NCBI GenBank assembly: GCA_963693365.1
Contig: CAVNZM010000012.1
Span: 8,746,001 to 8,810,000, forward strand
DNA: 64,000 nucleotides
Origin: Amoebidium appalachense
Taxonomy: Eukaryota > Protista > Ichthyosporea
Reading direction: 5' to 3'
Position numbers and translations under genes: made by a program. Of this stretch, positions 33,719-51,675 are shown piece after piece (positions within the stretch are counted from its first letter, which is position 1; every line of letters begins with the position of its first letter). A model generated the notes under the pieces. The model did not search any database. It was not told the origin of the DNA and saw nothing but the letters and a program-made list of their open reading frames with translations.

Positions 33719-34459
33719 AAAATGAACAACCGTAGCCTACTGTTTCAGACACGAACGAAATTGATTCAATCAAGAATCAGAAATTGACCTTCGCTTTATG
33801 TGAAGTTCTCGGATATATCAACAGATCGAGGACGGGACGTCATTCTGGGCCCAAAGATGGTAGATATTAGGGAGGTTGCTATAATCAAGGAATTAATATT
33901 GCCCCAGTCTGCTAATACCGCATAATTCCCTTGTGAAGGAGGACCTGGTGTGTGAGCACGGGTGGAAACGATGCTTAGTGTCATGATGATAAGACTCTAT
34001 TTCTGTTTCATGGTTACTATTTAAATTCCACTCAGAACCTGGCCCTTTTAAATTTTAGAATCTATACAACTACTAAAACATCAAGAAGTCCCCCCTTCCC
34101 CCGCCCCCAAAACCCCCAACCGCCGAAAGATGCTCCGGTTTTTTCCAGCCCCAAGGTGAAGTACAGAAAAGAACACAACTAGTTTCCTGCCGCGCCGGAT
34201 GGGCAAAGTGTAAACTCGCGCCGTTCGCGTCCTCGCTTACATACAGATCCGCTCTGTATTCGCTGTGTACTTGTGTGGAGCACATGCGCACACGTGTGTA
34301 GGTCCTGTGAAACGGATATCGCGAGAAAGAGTTTTTTTTTTTTTTTTTTTTTTTTTGGGGGGGGGGGGGGGGGTTGGGGGGGTTGGGTGGCTCCAACCAA
34401 GAATTTTGGTGGAAGTTGCAAGCAGCCGGGCTCCAGGGGAGGGCAGAGCCTGGGGGGAA

Positions 34460-34505
<46 letters not shown>

Positions 34506-34804
34506 CTCTGGTTTGATTTCGGATTGTAATGTTCAAGCCAAGGAAATAAAAGCTCGTCCCCACACTGAAACGCACACATACAAACATAGATGCAAATATG
34601 CACACGGCAAAAAAGAAAAAAAGAAAAAAAGCGCCTAGTGGGCATGTGCAACCTTTTTAAGGGCTTCCTGCAGGCCACTGTTGCACTCCCGTTGCATAAA
34701 TCTGAGGGTCCCTAAACTACTCTGCCTCGAAGTCCCTTCAAAAGAACGATTTCAATGGCATCACCTCTCCCTCCTCCCCCTCAATACCCCCACACCATGA
34801 CAAA

Positions 34805-34899
<95 letters not shown>

Positions 34900-36278
34900 A
34901 CGTGCGCACACACACACGCACGCACACCCACACCCAAACACACACAGTCACATCCACACGCACGCGTGTGCACACACACACGTACACGCACGCATACACG
35001 CACACTCACAAGCGCACACGCATACACGCACACACGCACACGTGTGCGGCAGTGCAAATTGTGGAAGGAAATTTCATGTGCTCGAGGCCTAGGAATGTGG
35101 GCATATATGTAATGAGCAGGACATTTTAAGTACTCTTTTGTGCTCCCTTGTGTGCGCAGGAATGCGTTTAGCTCCTGCTGTTGTGCCGCATGAGTTTGTG
35201 GCGTATGCTGCGGGACTTCAAGCCGGGGGGTGGGGAGGTGGGGATTCAGAGTGGGCCGGGAGGGGGTGGGCCGGCCGGTGGTAGGGGGATGCATATGATC
35301 CGGGGGAGGGGGGGGGGGGGGGGGGGGGGAAGAGGGGGGGGCGGGTTGGGGGGAGGAGGAGAACCGGAGGAGGAGGAGAACCGGGGGGGGGGGGGGGGGG
35401 GGGAAGGGGGGGGTCTTATCAAGGCCACCAGGGCCTTCAGTGGAAGATAAGGAGGCCTTGGGAGTGGCCTTGGGTCTTGTTAGGCTGTATTCGCGCCAAA
35501 ACCTTGAGCTGAAATGAACCAATAGGACGAAACTGCCGCACAACTATGACGTCACATGGGCATATACATGCATGGTGACCAGGGCAAGCTAGTTCCCCTC
35601 AGCCCACTCCATGCGGGTAGACATTAGCGCCAAGGTTTTTACAGATTGAGAAAACATATTGTAGGTGTTTCGCAACAGAAATGTCTTTTTGTTTGTTGGT
35701 GTCGGTGCGGCCCCCCTACGCGTGTACGTACGAAAACCGTGCATGCGGTGCTATGCATTCCAGATGTTCATTGTAAAGTCGCATATGATTGGCGTAAAGT
35801 TCTAACAGCGATCTATGATCTGATTACCTATTGGCTCAGACTGCTGTCAGGGCGGCCAATAGGACTTTACAGAGTTCGGATTGGTGGGAAGGCTCGTCCT
35901 TGTCGAGCGCGCCGTCCGCGGGGTAGAAAAGGTGCACCCGCAAGCAGTTTGCTACTACATGAGCCCTTGTATGCTTGTGTTGTGGGTTGCGCTGTTTTGT
36001 TTTTCATTACAGAACACCAGCAAATTTATACTAGAATTCGATGTGAAATCGTGGCGGCAGTTTCTGACACCTCCATTGATCAATCACTGAAGTTTTTCTT
36101 TGTGTGGAGCTCACACCAGACAAGACGCACCCATAGCTACTGCTTCCTTATTCCGCTTATTGAATAGAGGGTCCGTATCCATTTGAATCCGCCTAATAAT
36201 ATATATCTGACTGGTGTTTTCTTTCTCATATTAGCGTGCTAGCGCTAACACTGTCGTTGTTACCACAGATCACTCACG

Positions 36279-37292
36279 ATGCCTGCCATTCGTAGATCCC
36301 CCCTTTCACCAATCCGCCTTCTCCTACTTTTGTGCGCACTTTTTGTCCACGGTGCCCTAAGTCTCAGCATACAACCTGTGATTCCACCAACCCCCACCTG
36401 CCCAGACAAAGCGTGCGTGATGGTATATCGACCCGTGTGCGGAAGTGATAACGTCACCTACAGCAGTGAATGCTTCTTGGCTCGAGCAACATGTATGAGT
36501 GGCGTCACAAAAGCACACGACGGTGCATGCGCAAGTGGTGTTAATACCGGCGCGGATCTTAACACATGCATTGAGCTCACCAAGTGCTCAACTGTGTATG
36601 CTCCCATGTGCGCTAGCGATTGGAAGATGTATCCGAACACGTGCGAATTTGCACATGCACGTTGCCTGTCTGGTGGCCGGTTGGCGGTGGTCGCAGATGG
36701 TCACGTGTGTGGAATCACGTGCATGCGCGATTGCCCAATGGAAAGACGGCCTGTGTGCGCAACCAACGGCATGACGTATAACAACACGTGTCTTCTGGCA
36801 ATTGCCACGTGTGAAAGCAACGGCACGATTTCATTGGCTAGCGCCGGAGAATGCGCGGTCCAATCAACACCACCCGCTGATGCCTCCACCAACGAAACAA
36901 ACGACACGATTTCGTGCGACCGCGCATGCCCAAAAAACTACCGTCCCATGTGTGCAAGTGACGGCGTGACTTATGAAAACAGTTGTGTTTTCGAGATTGC
37001 TAACTGCAATGCAAACGGCACCCTCACGCCCCTTCACCCCGGCCCATGCATGTCGGAGATCAAACCGGTGTACACCCTGTGCACACGCTACACCGATTGC
37101 TTTGACACGCTTGGAGCGAGTGCAAATCAGTGGGTGTGTGCTGCACGGCGCACGTGCCGACCCACACAGTGCAATATGGACAGCCAATGGCAGGCCACCA
37201 CGTGTGCACGTGCACGGTGTCTGGTCAACCCCAAGATCGAAATGCCCAAATATGGTTACTGCAGGCCCCACATGATTGCAGCACGCAAGTGA
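36279..37292 (+). CDS. Secreted multi-domain Kazal-type serine protease inhibitor (4 Kazal domains plus a Cys-rich tail), intronless
   Basis: Signal peptide RLLLLLCALFVHGALS. Four C-x-C-xxxxxP(V/M)C(G/A)(S/T)(D/N)xx(T/M)YxxxC...C...C units. Confidence 0.93.
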   Translation: MPAIRRSPLSPIRLLLLLCALFVHGALSLSIQPVIPPTPTCPDKACVMVYRPVCGSDNVTYSSECFLARATCMSGVTKAHDGACASGVNTGADLNTCIELTKCSTVYAPMCASDWKMYPNTCEFAHARCLSGGRLAVVADGHVCGITCMRDCPMERRPVCATNGMTYNNTCLLAIATCESNGTISLASAGECAVQSTPPADASTNETNDTISCDRACPKNYRPMCASDGVTYENSCVFEIANCNANGTLTPLHPGPCMSEIKPVYTLCTRYTDCFDTLGASANQWVCAARRTCRPTQCNMDSQWQATTCARARCLVNPKIEMPKYGYCRPHMIAARK

Positions 37293-37429
37293 GAGGTCTG
37301 GCTCAGCCTGTAAGGGGGTACACGGTTGGGGAATGTGGTGACGACGAAAAAATAATGACGTGGATACTTGCGGAAAGGAGGGGGAGGTGGTGGGGTAGGG
37401 GGTGGGTGGGTGGTTTTTTTTTTTTTTTT

Positions 37430-37460
<31 letters not shown>

Positions 37461-37573
37461 GGAGGGGGGGGGGGGGGGAGGGAGGGGGGGGGAGGGGGGG
37501 GGGGGGGGAACAAGAGAGAACCTTTAAGGCCATAAGGATAAGCTCCAAGTTTTTTTCTTTTTTCTTTTTTCTT

Positions 37574-37626
<53 letters not shown>

Positions 37627-37956
37627 GAGGGGGGGGAGGAGGAGGGGGAGGGGGGGGGGGGGGGGGGGGGGGAAAGGGGGCAGGGGTTTCGACACGGTAT
37701 TATGGCCTGATACAACTGACATGTAGTTGCAGAGTTGCTAACCTCATAGTTTTTGTATATATTCTCTTGAACGGCCAGAGCAGCATTTGGGGTTGTCAAG
37801 GATTTCACATCATGCCGAGCCTTTTTTTTTTTTTTTTTTTTTTTTTTGTTTGTTTGTTTGTTTTGTTTTGTTTTGGTATAGGTGGTTGGGTGGGTGGGTG
37901 GCTTGGTAGGTGGAAGCACGTCGGTGGAGTGGATGGGTGGTTTTGGGGTGGGATGT

Positions 37957-37988
<32 letters not shown>

Positions 37989-38462
37989 GGGGGGGGGGGG
38001 GGAATGGGGGGCAAGTCGGAAATATGAGGATGCATGTTTCATGATGCTGATCTGAGTTGCTGTGAACTAACCAGAATTTTGGTGGAGTTGTTCCACAGTT
38101 AACAGTACGGTCCCCGGGTTTTAGATGTACACTATTATTGACTCCTTGTGTCAGCAGAATTCTTTTATTTAATATTGTGTATATGCTTAATGTACAGAAA
38201 TGTGGATAAATATCGCCTGGACAGGTGTTATTATATCATTAAAATTTGTTCATTATATATACTTCAAAACTATCGTATATATGTTCATGTAGCCGGGAAA
38301 CGAGTCCACCCAAATAGACAATTATAACTTTGCACGATAGAATTAATATCCATAGCAATGTAGTGGGCCCCTTATCACGGTGTTGCTTATTGTATATCAT
38401 GATGCACACAGAGACCGTGCAGAACTCAGAGCATGCCCACGGTGTCTCAGCTTGGGGAAAAA

Positions 38463-38495
<33 letters not shown>

Positions 38496-38549
38496 AAAAC
38501 TTACATTGGCTCATGGCACAAATATCTTAGCTTCAAGGCATCCGGCGCG

Positions 38550-38602
<53 letters not shown>

Positions 38603-38654
38603 ACCAACCCCCAACCCAACCACCCTTAAGCTTATCTTCTGTTAGAACTTCTTC

Positions 38655-38692
<38 letters not shown>

Positions 38693-40172
38693 AGCGTCTT
38701 AACCTCACTAGAAGGTATGAGAGACCATTATAGTATCTTGAATAAAACAAGTCCACCCGTACGTATTCCTTGGTATTATGTCGCAATCAGAGAGGCTTGT
38801 GATTTCTTTGCAGGTCTGATCCATCATCCCCACCCCCTCCCCCCACCCCTATCTTCCACAGTCTTCTGCCTCCCATCCACCTTCCGAGTCCCCCCCCCCC
38901 CCCTTCTTGCTGAGCCCTGCATGACTTTCACCTCACTACCCACGGCGCCTCAGCCACACTCAACCCTCATAACCATCCGTTGCACTGCAGTAATTACAAT
39001 TAACCAAAAGCGTTTGTGGCTCCCTCACAACCAATTGCAGGCCGTCTGACTCTGCACGTGCTGTTAAAGCGGGCACAGGTACCAGTGCACATTATGAGGG
39101 CAGGATGGCATTGGATTGGCCCAGGGTGTAATGCACAGATCATCGGTTCATTTAGTGTGACCCAGATAGCATTTGCATCTTCCCCCCCCCCCCCCCCCCC
39201 CCTCCCCTACCACCACCACCACCGGGGCGATAAATGCGCCCAAACCCCGATCCAACTGTCCTTGTTGCCCTTATCGCCGCTTATGCTAAATTTGGTTAAA
39301 TGCGGCCATGTAATCATTAGTAACCTTTTCTATCGTAAGACCTACGATTGGAATTCAGGAACAACAGCGTACTCTTACAAAGCGAGCTCGACGGTGCATG
39401 TGTGTGAAAGTGCGTGTTTGTGTGCGTGCTTGTATATACGTGTGTGTATGCATGTGCGAATGTGTGCGACATGTATGGTGAGGTGGTGGGGTGCACGTGG
39501 GGTGGTGGGGTGCGTGTGTGCATGCATGCGACAGGTGTGCTTGCAACGGTACGTGCGTGTGTGTGTCTGCGTGCACGTGTGTCTGTGCGTGTGTGTGTGG
39601 GTCAAACATGCGTATCGGATAGCGGTATCGGATGGAATAGTGGCTACTGAAAGACGTGGTGATGCTGTGGTAAAGGTGGTAGCAGCGGGGGAGCGGGGGG
39701 GCGGGGGGGGTGGAGAGAGGGGGAACCCGGTCTTGGCAACCTGTGTTCCTCAGGGGCACAGCTCTTTTTACTGTTTATCTGTCTTTTTTTGAGAACTCCT
39801 AATACTCAAATCCCCCCCCCCCCCCCCCCCCCCGGCCTTTTCTTTAAGCGCTGGGTGGTGGTTGGTGGGCAACCGGGGGAAGGGGAGGGGGGGTGGGGGG
39901 GGGGATAGGGGCACAGCAATGAAAGTGCACACAGTGATTGTGGGTTCATGTGGAACGTGTGTTCATTGGGTGTACACAGCAGCTTTTGGTGAGGCTTAAG
40001 TTAACACAAAACTCAGCTGCATGTGTCCTCGCGACATATTCACATCTTTCATTCATGCATACCGGTCCTTCATACAGGGAAGTACAGGAAAATACGACCC
40101 AAAAACAGTAAAATTACACGAGTATTCACAGCAAACGACAGACAACAACAACATGACTATTCCCCAATCAAA

Positions 40173-41681
40173 TCACACTTTTATAGTCCATCCAACCCCA
40201 AACCCAACCAGCGTCACTGCCGCCATCCAATAGAAATCGATATCGTAAACATTTGGGGCGTCATGTCCATAATTATTTGCCTGCCACCTATATATAGCCG
40301 CAAATATGCTCCCTCCCACCACACCTACTAGCGTAGGAGCTGCAGTCATCAATAAACCATACAAAGGCCCCATATTTCTACCCCCAAATAAATCAACGAT
40401 AAACGCGGGAGCAAGCGTAGGACCAATATTCACCATAGACATAACGGTAATTATCGCCACAAACCCCACGAAATTTCGGCTGTTAAACAGCGGCGGGAGC
40501 GCAAAAAGACACCCAACCTGCACTATGAGCGAAAACATAAATAAATTTTTCCTCCCGAATTTATCCGAGAGCAAACCGAACCAAATTCGGCTGACGAGGG
40601 AAACCGCCGCCGTTCCCGCCACCACGGCCGCTCCCGCCGTTTGCGATTTTCCAAATTGCAGCTGACACATATCGGATAGTTTTGCACCCATTACAAACAG
40701 GGGCAGACACACAGCCAAAAACATAAAATAAGTGGCCCAGTATGTTTGCGAGCGTAAACATTTCCCGATAGTCCACGTGTGACGTGCAGGAAGCGATGTC
40801 TCCGCGGTATCCTTCCCTTTCGTCGCGTCGTTTTTCTCCCCTTCTAAAACTAACTCTTCCTTGGGTCCCCCCTCCTCGAATTTTCCCTTTCGTCCTTCCA
40901 CATCTTCAGCCTCCACACCTCCCACTGCAACGATGTTTTGTGTATGTGTGTGCATGTTGACTGTGTAACCTTGTGGGGGTGTACGTAGCACAAAGGAACA
41001 CAACACATACATGGCATAGTATATGGACCCTAGCAGGGATAGTGTCCATGGCACCCCCATCCTCGGTATAAGTACCCCCTCGAGCATGGTGAACAACATG
41101 GTTCCCCCGCTAAAACCCGCAACCCCTACGGCTGATATTAACCCCCGCTTATCCGGGTACCACTTTAACAGTGGGCCTATGGGGCATAGGATGATAATTC
41201 CCAAACCTGACCCTGCAAGAACACCATACCCAAAATAGACAAGCGCCATGCTCTTAAAGTAAACCCCTACTGCTGTGACTATATGTCCCAAATAGTTGAC
41301 GGTTCCTCCCGCCAGCAGCCCGAACCGTGGCCCAACCCGATCCACCCATGGCCCGAAAACGCCTGCTGCAACACCGAACATACCCATCGCTATGAACATG
41401 GTCACTGCAGAGGACCCGGGCTGTGCGTTAATGTGTTCCTCTATAGGAATGTTGTACACCGTCCATCCAACATAGGATCCTACACACAGCTGGATGAGGA
41501 TGGCTGCGGGGATCATAAACCAGCGTCGAAAACGAACACCAAGAATGTGTCTCTCTGCATCTTCCTGCTCTTTGCTGCGTGTTTGCGTGGTGGTGGTGAA
41601 GTGCCAGCGTAAAAGCGATAATAAGCGCTGGTCCAAACCCTTGAGGAAAGGGACACTTTCAGATTGACTTTGTGTCTCCAT
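40173..41681 (-). CDS. MFS transporter, oxalate:formate antiporter / monocarboxylate-like (OFA), intronless, about 502 aa
   Basis: About 12 hydrophobic segments. MFS motif A twice (GPWVDRVGPR; GLLSDKFGRKN) and OFA-type KWYPDKRGLISAVGVAGFSGG. First ATG at 41681. Confidence 0.93.
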   Translation of the reverse strand: METQSQSESVPFLKGLDQRLLSLLRWHFTTTTQTRSKEQEDAERHILGVRFRRWFMIPAAILIQLCVGSYVGWTVYNIPIEEHINAQPGSSAVTMFIAMGMFGVAAGVFGPWVDRVGPRFGLLAGGTVNYLGHIVTAVGVYFKSMALVYFGYGVLAGSGLGIIILCPIGPLLKWYPDKRGLISAVGVAGFSGGTMLFTMLEGVLIPRMGVPWTLSLLGSIYYAMYVLCSFVLRTPPQGYTVNMHTHTQNIVAVGGVEAEDVEGRKGKFEEGGPKEELVLEGEKNDATKGKDTAETSLPARHTWTIGKCLRSQTYWATYFMFLAVCLPLFVMGAKLSDMCQLQFGKSQTAGAAVVAGTAAVSLVSRIWFGLLSDKFGRKNLFMFSLIVQVGCLFALPPLFNSRNFVGFVAIITVMSMVNIGPTLAPAFIVDLFGGRNMGPLYGLLMTAAPTLVGVVGGSIFAAIYRWQANNYGHDAPNVYDIDFYWMAAVTLVGFGVGWTIKV

Positions 41682-42399
41682 GTTTTTTGGGGTCGTGTGC
41701 AAGATCTTACTTGCACGACGCAAAAAACGCGTAAAAAATAAAGGCGCAAAATGTTGCTAACAGGTTATTACACTGCCTAACATATAAATAAATAAATAAC
41801 CAACTATCCAACTAAACATCGTGCTGGTAACACAAGAACTTCACGAAAATCCGTGTTCCTTCTTTCGTTTCAGACCGTTTTGCTCAAACGCACATCGTGA
41901 CGTCTCAATATGTGCAACATTTGAACAAAGAACAGTGCATGATCTATAGGCAAAACAAATATATCTTTAAAAATACAGCTGTTTAGATAAGATATGTTTG
42001 GTATCTACACCAATCAGATGGGCTTATGTTTGCGCATATTATGGTGGTTGTTTTTGACCGTTGCGGCCGCAGCACAAAAATGCAGACATCCCACTCGTCT
42101 CTCAAAGTTTTCTTCGTTTCGCAGCTGTTAGTTATTTTCAAAATCCCACTTGGTCACAACATTCATTATCAGTTAGCTGGTATGCATAAGCACTTACACG
42201 AGCAATTCTGCGCTCAAACTCACAGGCACACACACTAGCCACAAACAAGATTTACCACAGATCCACATATCCCATCCCCCCCCCCCCCCCCCCCCCCCCT
42301 CTCCCCTTACCCCAAACCAAACAACCAACCACCACCACCAACCACAACACTTCAGCAACCCCCTACGGCCGTCTCCCCTTTGCTAAACATCCAAGCACA
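41682..42399. promoter_or_regulatory. Putative bidirectional promoter between the MFS and oxidoreductase genes
   Basis: 718-bp head-to-head gap, mostly free of microsatellites, with a CRE-like tgacgtc (about 41898) and ccaatca (about 42010). Confidence 0.45.
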
Positions 42400-48143
<5,744 letters not shown>

Positions 48144-48303
48144 TCGGGACAAAATAAGAAAGGGGTGGGGCGGGGCGGGGCGGGGCGGGGGGGGGGGGGG
48201 GGGGGGGGGGTGGAGGAGGCTTGCGCGTGCTGTTCCCGTGGTTTAGTGGTTTATGTGTGCACCAACTGTTATACATATCTATGTGGAGACTTGTCGAGTG
48301 GGA

Positions 48304-48387
<84 letters not shown>

Positions 48388-48834
48388 ACACACACATACA
48401 TATATATAGGTATAATTGTAGCAACGAGAGTCTCCTACTGTTTACTAAGCGAACATTTGTGTTTACTACTTTTTTCTTGTCCCTGCTTTTTTGTAACCGT
48501 CTTTCTTATCCACATTGGTACCCACACCGGGCTGGGTGTGATTTTTTTTGGAAACGTGCTCACACACAGCGTGTGACTCAGTACGCCCGCATGTGCGCAC
48601 ACACACACCACACACATACCAGAGGGTGAGCACGTGAAAGGGGGGAGGGGGGGGGGGGGGGGGATACTGCCTCCGCTGCTGGGTGTCTTACGGGAAAAAA
48701 TTTGATTTTCTTCTCTCCACAATATTTCATATTTTTATACATGTATTATTATTATTACTACTACGATTATTATTATTATTTGCAGCATATGAAACGAGAA
48801 TGAATTGGTGTCTACATGAAAAGCTGTGCATGTA

Positions 48835-49021
48835 CAGGGGGTGACTGAAATAAAGATCATGTGTGTTTTGGAAACAGGGTCTAAACAGGTACCAAAGCTT
48901 CTTATTCTTTAAATTATGTACCGGGGTCGGTAGGGTCTATTATGTTACTATTTGGAAGAAAAAATAGCGCTATGTATTTTGATTTTGGTTCTAAAGTATC
49001 TTAATACCAGTCACCCGCCTG
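48835..49021. mobile_element. Tc1/mariner-like MITE
   Basis: TA|cagggggtgactg ... cagtcacccgcctg|TA: imperfect TIR with TA on both sides. Confidence 0.55.
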
Positions 49022-49295
49022 TACATTCCACACAATGTTCTCATTTGGCCCTGTGCACGGTCATTGGCTGTATGTCATGTGTGTGCGTAATGTACATGTA
49101 TGGCCGGGGGCAATGTGCATGGTGAGCATGTGTGCTTGCCATTGCACATGTGTTATACCAATTGCGACCTTAATAGAAAGCAAAAACATTTGTATAATGC
49201 GCAAACAAGGTGCGGTGGCATCTCCCCCCCCCCCCCCCCCCCTCCCCCCCTCCCCCCCGCCTCCTCCTCCCCCCCCCCCCCCCCCCCCCCCCCCC

Positions 49296-49872
49296 CGTTT
49301 CTTTCCCGCCGCATTTCCGAAGACTGACGGCTGGATTACACCCTGTATTTGTAGTGATGTTGTGGCTCCCCCCCAACCTTTAAGGCACTTTTTTCCCTCG
49401 TTAAACACATTTCCTGAAAGCTGCCGTCAAAAGCTTTCCAGGCAACGTAACAAGACTAGCCTTTTATGGTTAACCACCTGCCAAATAAGGCATGTAAAAA
49501 ACACGCAAAGGTCTTGATTGTGGTTGATTGAGGAACGTTGGTCACGATCCCCCCCCCCCCCCCCCCCCCCCCACTCTCTCCCCCTCCCCCCTCCGCCTTC
49601 CCCCCCCCCCCCCCCCCCCCCGTTTCTTTCCCGCCGCATTTCCGAAGACTGACGGCCGGATTACACCCTGAATTTGTAGTGATGTTGTGGCTCCCCCCCC
49701 AACCTTTAAGGCACTTTTTTCCCTCGATAAACACATTTCCTGAAAGCTGCCGTCAAAAGCTTTCCAGGCAACGTAACAAGACTAGCCTTTTATGGTTAAC
49801 CACCTGCCAAATAAGGCATGTAAAAAACACGCAAAGGTCTTGATTGTGGTTGATTGAGGAACGTTGGTCACG
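49296..49872 (+). repeat. About 325-bp tandem duplication bounded by poly-C
   Basis: cgtttctttcccgccgcatttccgaagactgacgg...ggaacgttggtcacg at 49296 and 49621, near-identical. Confidence 0.95.
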
Positions 49873-49935
49873 GTCCCCCCCCCCCCCCCCCCCCCCCCCC
49901 CCACTCTCTCCCCCCCCCCTCCCCCCCCTCCCCCC

Positions 49936-49973
<38 letters not shown>

Positions 49974-50440
49974 TTGCGCGCGCGATTCGCATTTGTTGTT
50001 TTCTTTTTTCTTTTTTTTTTTTCTTTCCCCTCTGGGAGGAGGAAGGGGGGGGGGGGGGGGGGGAGGGGGGGGGGGGGGGGGGGGGGCAGAGATAGAGAGA
50101 GGAAGAGCTCGAGAGAGAGTCTAGTGGGGGATTCGAAGGGAGGGAGAGAAAGCAGGGAGGGCATGACGGTCATGCGCTGAACTGAACTGACACACGCGTG
50201 TTAGCTGCACATGCACGATCATGATATGGTCACTATAGCATTATTTCCTGGCTCGAGTCCTCTCTCTATCTCTCTCTCCTCTCTGAGATCTCAGAGTCTC
50301 TCCCCCCCCCCTCCCCCCCCCCCTCCCCCCCTTTGCTCCCTCTCTCTAGAGCTCTTTCTCTCTCCCCCCCCCCCACCCGCCCCCTCCCCCCCCCCCTCCC
50401 CGCGCTCTCTCTCTGCTCTCCCTCTCCGTCTCTCTTGCTC

Positions 50441-50473
<33 letters not shown>

Positions 50474-50738
50474 TTTCTCTCTCTCTCTAGCTCTCTCCCT
50501 CTCTCTCTAGTGAGTCCCTCTCTTTCTTTTATTATCCTCTCTCTCTAGCCTTTCTTCTCTTTCTCCCCCACCCCCCCACCCCCTCCCCTCCCCTTTCCCC
50601 CCTCCCCAGTCCCCTCCCCCCTTCTCCCCCTCGAGCTCAAGCTCTCTCCCTTCCTCTCCCTCTCCCTTTCCCTCTCTGAGACTCCTCTCCCTCTCTCCCT
50701 CTCTCCCTCCCCCCCCCCCCCCCCCTCTCTTAAAATAA

Positions 50739-50905
<167 letters not shown>

Positions 50906-51621
50906 CCCTCTCGTGCTCTCTTCCATCTCTCCGGGCCCCGTTTCCCCCCTGGTAGTAAAGTATCCAAACAGTGATTGAACCTCCGAAGCCTCGTTACGAG
51001 TCCCGGCGTGGCATAGACTCTTGAAGGAACCCAGATGTCTTCAAGTGATTATGGCGCTTTGGTAAAGACGAGAATATTAATAAACTTCCCCACACAGACT
51101 CGAATATTTTCATTGCATACATATGACTGCGCGTGGGCATCGGTCTGACCCCAGTGTCGGGCACGGTATGGTGCTGTACATCGGCGGGGACATGGGGAGG
51201 GGTAATACAGTAATGGTGCACGTGGCGTGGTGTGGCGTGTGTGGTTACCGTATTTGGGTGTGGTTACCCTGTGGCATGGTGTGTGGTACTTAGTCATAAG
51301 TTCATTATTGCCAAGAGGTGACTCATGATCATGTTCTTTTTTTTTTTGTTCTTTGTTTTTTGTTCAAAGCATGCATGCATATGTATTGTTCCTACAGGTA
51401 GGAGTGGTCGGCTTACAGATTCAGCATGAGTCAACATGCACACAGCGTGGCGGATGTTGGGAGAAATAACATAATGTTCCTCACAATGCTAATACCATGT
51501 CTTTTTTTTTTTTTTTACCTAAGTAACTACAAAAAAAATAAATAACGCCACAAAGTTAAATGTATGTTTTGTGCACGTGGGAGTGACCGAAAGAGATGGT
51601 GACGGTCTAACACGTACTGAC

Positions 51622-51675
51622 CGTGTTGCCGCACGTGCGACGTTATACGTGTTGCCGCACGTGCGACGTTATACA
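51622..51675 (+). repeat. 26-bp tandem duplication
   Basis: cgtgttgccgcacgtgcgacgttata twice. Confidence 0.85.

Noticed and set aside
33796-33984. Tc1 transposase-like RPRSVDISEN motif
   Set aside because: Too weak, with no TIRs or other DDE motifs.
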